A stretch of DNA of 64,000 bases, from contig CM059432.1 of assembly GCA_030390025.1 (NCBI GenBank), positions 94,552,001 through 94,616,000 of the forward strand, in the 5' to 3' direction. A program made the position numbers and the translations under genes. How positions within the stretch are numbered: position 1 is the stretch's first letter; every line of letters begins with the position of its first letter. Of this stretch, positions 62,567-64,000 are shown in pieces. The stretch comes from Squalus acanthias. Lineage: Eukaryota. The notes under the pieces are model-generated. The model saw only the letters and a list, made by a program, of their open reading frames with translations. It was not told the DNA's origin and searched no databases.

Positions 62567-64000
62567 CTGCAGCACAATCAAGTTAATAATGTTCCAGTCG
62601 TGAAATGCAGCTCAAAAGCAAGTGTCAGAGTCTGTCTTTTTAAAAGTTGCATTTTGCACCTTGTCTGAAAACATCACATGACATGCCTTCAGTTTCTGCG
62701 GCTGCATAAAGTAAGCCCTTCTACACTAGATCAAAAATTATTAACACCCTGGGTACGCCAGATGTATTTACAATTTGCACCACATTAATGTGTTTTTGTT
62801 ACCGCATAATAACTTATTTTGTTCCAAATTAAAATGACCCACTAGGGCTTTTGATTTTAATAATACTGTTCTGCCAATCATTTTAATATGCCAAGATTAC
62901 ATTTTCCTACCAACTGCTAATGTTGCATTAAATAAATTGATTATGTGCAGAAATATCTCATGCAACATTAAGCATGAAGATTTTCAAAGCAATAAAGCTC
63001 AAATAAATGAGAAAAATGTGGTCAGTCTGAAGCCTGTTAATTCTTTACCAAAGCTCTCAGGAATCTGAGCTGCATAATTCTCGCTGTAGTTCAGAGTAAT
63101 CATTTCCCATCACTGAGGATTAGGTTTAACCTAAAATTGATCACTGCAAGCACCTGTACAGTTCTCACATTTGACTGACATTAAACCTGATTTTTTAAAA
63201 CCCTTTCTGTTGATATTGTATATATATTACCAGTGTAGATCTACTTTTCTTCACTGAAGTATTTCTTTTTTCTGGGTTCTTTGTTTCGATTAAATTGTAT
63301 ACCACAAATAACATTCCATTCTTCAAGTTTATATTGCTGCAATTATTTATCTCTTAAGCATCATAAACATTTAATACAGTACTCCACTACAGTATTTTTG
63401 CTTCTCGCATGCATAGATAACATAAATTCAGTAATTTTGGAGGATAACAGGTCTGAGCATCTCTGTATCTCTTTTAGTTACTCCAGGTTTGCTGATTTCT
63501 CATCATTTTTGGTGCAGTATTTGATACAGCAGCCAGGGCTCTCATCCTGCCTTTCCCTGTGCTCAGCGCACCCACTGCATCATTGCTCTCCTCTTCTACC
63601 AGGCACCAACGCAATGCCACCCACCCGCAAAGGATGGCTTAGTGTTAGTGAGGGCAGAGCATAAGTTGGGGTACATAGCACAAGTGGTGAAGAGAGTGAT
63701 AAGGTTGCTGATGAGCAGTCAGGTATAGCTGTCCTGTGGGACAGAAGATGCCTGCCTTTGGTTGAGGAGCCATGCAACCTGGATCTCAGAGGTCCAGCTT
63801 TTAAAAGAGTGCTGACAAAACAGCTAAACAACGTTCAGGCTTTCAATGAGGAGTCCAGGCGTGTATGGCAGATGGTGGCTCAGATGGCGGAGTCCACTAC
63901 CTGCATCTGCATGTCTGCACAGGTCTGCAGCCCAGCATGGTGTGCGTGGCAGCTTCAGTATGAAGTGCACCAGAGGAATCTTGTCACCATGTCGCTGGGA

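Overview
Vertebrate genomic DNA, most likely from a cartilaginous fish given the repeat families present. The window lies inside an L3MBTL-family (MBT-repeat chromatin reader; best guess L3MBTL4, L3MBTL3 not excluded) gene on the minus strand. Seven phase-compatible GT-AG coding exons lie at 60163-60069, 49920-49816, 49014-48879, 48442-48351, 39784-39633, 36778-36702 and 6471-6386, with a candidate eighth at 62566-62452. The introns, especially the ~30 kb one (6472-36701), are packed with nested transposons: several CR1 families, a second LINE family linked to a tRNA-derived head, DeuSINEs, Penelope-like fragments with a hammerhead motif, a Tigger/pogo element, an internally deleted Gypsy element and many PIF/Harbinger elements. 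One Harbinger has an intact DDE transposase, two retain mainly the 3-exon Myb/SANT gene, and several are MITEs. Most notable: (1) all three copies of one Harbinger family sit at a TAT in the (GACTCTAT)n 3' tail of one particular CR1 family, in both orientations; (2) one tRNA-derived head is joined to four different lengths of the same LINE 3' end and overlaps the LINE's 5' region; (3) an intronic motif is shared by three divergent Harbinger Myb genes and amplified 7x in one. All calls are from reading the sequence by eye; family names rest on recalled motifs, not searches.
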